DNA of 63,635 nucleotides, the filler included, from Choristocarpus tenellus KU-1152 (lineage: Eukaryota; Protista; Phaeophyceae), in the NCBI GenBank assembly GCA_964200185.2. It is 8 parts of 8 records of this genome, joined end to end, with 100 filler letters (N's around TTAATTAATTAA, not from the genome) between each part and the next. Parts side by side here need not be neighbours in the genome. Positions count along the whole stretch, not along the records: positions 59,156 to 63,635 come from CAXNAD020014364.1; 7 more parts are not named here. One strand, 5' to 3'. Of this stretch, positions 62,301-63,635 are shown in pieces; within the stretch, counting starts at the first letter, position 1, and the number at the start of each line of letters is the position of its first letter. The notes under the pieces were generated by a model. It made no database searches. It was not told the DNA's origin and was given only the letters and a program-made list of their open reading frames with translations. The position numbers and the translations under genes were made by a program.

Positions 62301-63008
62301 GGTAAGTGATATTCTACTTTTATTATTTTTTTGGTCTTATATACAGTACACTTTGTTTTGTTTTTTTGTATTTAGTCAGTGAATTGAGTACTATGCTTGT
62401 TCATTATTCCATGTATGTGTTTTTCATCTTGAAAGGCAACTTTTGATATGTTGATTATTCACTATCTACTATATATCATATGATTCTGTTGCAGTGTGGT
62501 TCACTCAGGCAAGGGTGTTGAAGAGAGTCACTGGGCAAGACAGACCAAACGGGGGACAAGGTTAAGGTTGGACAAGTGCAAGAACGTAGAGTGGAGAAGA
62601 TCTCAAGAGAGTGGGCATCATCATAGAGTGACAGGACATGGCATCAAAGGGGATTATTTGACTCTTTTTAGTACCTCTGATTAAAGAGAAATCCACCACC
62701 TGTGTCTCTTGAAGAGATTCCATGGACTCAGTCCTCAAGGAAAATCCTCCGCTGGAATCCAGGATTCCTGGCAAGAAACCTCAGACAGTATGGCAATAAA
62801 TAGCATATGGCAATGACGGTATGATAGCAGACTACCCTGCTCTCAATACCACTCCCCCTTCTGGTGAGCCTTGAAGCCGTGTAAAATGTAAACATGATTC
62901 GGCACCAAAAAAAGGTGAGCTCTGGGAGCGAAACAGGTGTGACTGTTGGCATACTATTGCACCATTAGTATATTGCGCGACTTCACCACTACAAAATGAA
63001 GTGTAATA

Positions 63009-63635
63009 CTTCCGTTAGGAATTAAATGTAACATAACATTTGCAAGCTTCATTCTCGCCTGGGAACAACCCACGAGATAAACCCTCTGGCAAAGGCTTGG
63101 TTCTCATATGGATTGGGAGGTGTGCAAAGTTTGAGGTGGTGGGCTGCCATGACTGTGGAGGATCATCAGTGCAAAGTCGATCAAGTCACATTTGATGGGG
63201 TTAAAAAAAGTCAACTGTCAAAGTAGGTGTTTATTGGGATGCCTAGGACAAAGGCCCCCTTTCGTTCAAGCAGCTCACTCATCCTGTTGTCACCCATCGG
63301 TCCCAATTCTTCGCCCCATAAGTCTGTCTGGGGTCAGGGGTCAAACACTCCGACAAAGAACTGCGTGGTGGCACAATACTTGAAGACAAGAGAGCGCAAG
63401 ACTCAGATGCCTTGAGGGACAGTGGCAGCCATTGCAGAGGACTTTGGAATTTCTCAAATCACCATGTTCCATTATCTGAAGGAATATGGCAGCCAGATCG
63501 CACAGGGTGAATGCACGGGCCTTGTATGATGTCTTTGTGTAGTAAGATAGGTCAAAGTCACACACTAAGGGGGGGGGGATCATGGAGGTAATTGAGGAGG
63601 CGGCGGCAGGGGACGACATTGTCATAGAGACCCGG
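63009..63635. mobile_element. Probable mariner-family element end, running out of the window
   Basis: ta|cttccgttaggaattaaatgtaacataac matches the terminus at 32941-32972. The interior is not recognisable. Confidence 0.5.

Noticed and set aside
1-63635. Fanzor/TnpB nuclease or other prokaryote-type defence system associated with the mariner elements
   Set aside because: I saw no RuvC-type catalytic motifs with a zinc ribbon in the translated frames. A profile HMM search on six-frame translations would be decisive.

Overview
Eukaryotic, intron-rich nuclear DNA, most likely a stramenopile of the brown-algal lineage (inferred from gene content, intron style and transposon repertoire; not verified). 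The window is eight contigs joined by seven artificial 100-bp linkers (44 N + TTAATTAATTAA + 44 N). Five spliced genes are recognisable: the 5' part of an organellar class-1 peptide release factor (RF1-like, - strand, invisible in the ORF track), an apparently complete ERCC6/CSB/Rad26 SNF2 ATPase, a CCDC47/DUF1682 ER protein, the kinetochore protein MIS12, and a SMYD-type SET methyltransferase. There are also three unknown spliced genes and a tRNA-Ser(GCT). Six of the genes form three tight head-to-head pairs. The rest is transposon debris: mariner/Stowaway-type elements, a Harbinger-like MITE family, and DIRS/Ngaro, CRE-like LINE, copia and BED-finger relics, plus orphan ORFs. I found no convincing new multi-gene system. 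The best leads are the extra zinc fingers on CSB, two GC-AG introns, the MITE family, a hairpin-bearing repeat array beside the tRNA, and the orphan coding material at 44-54 kb.
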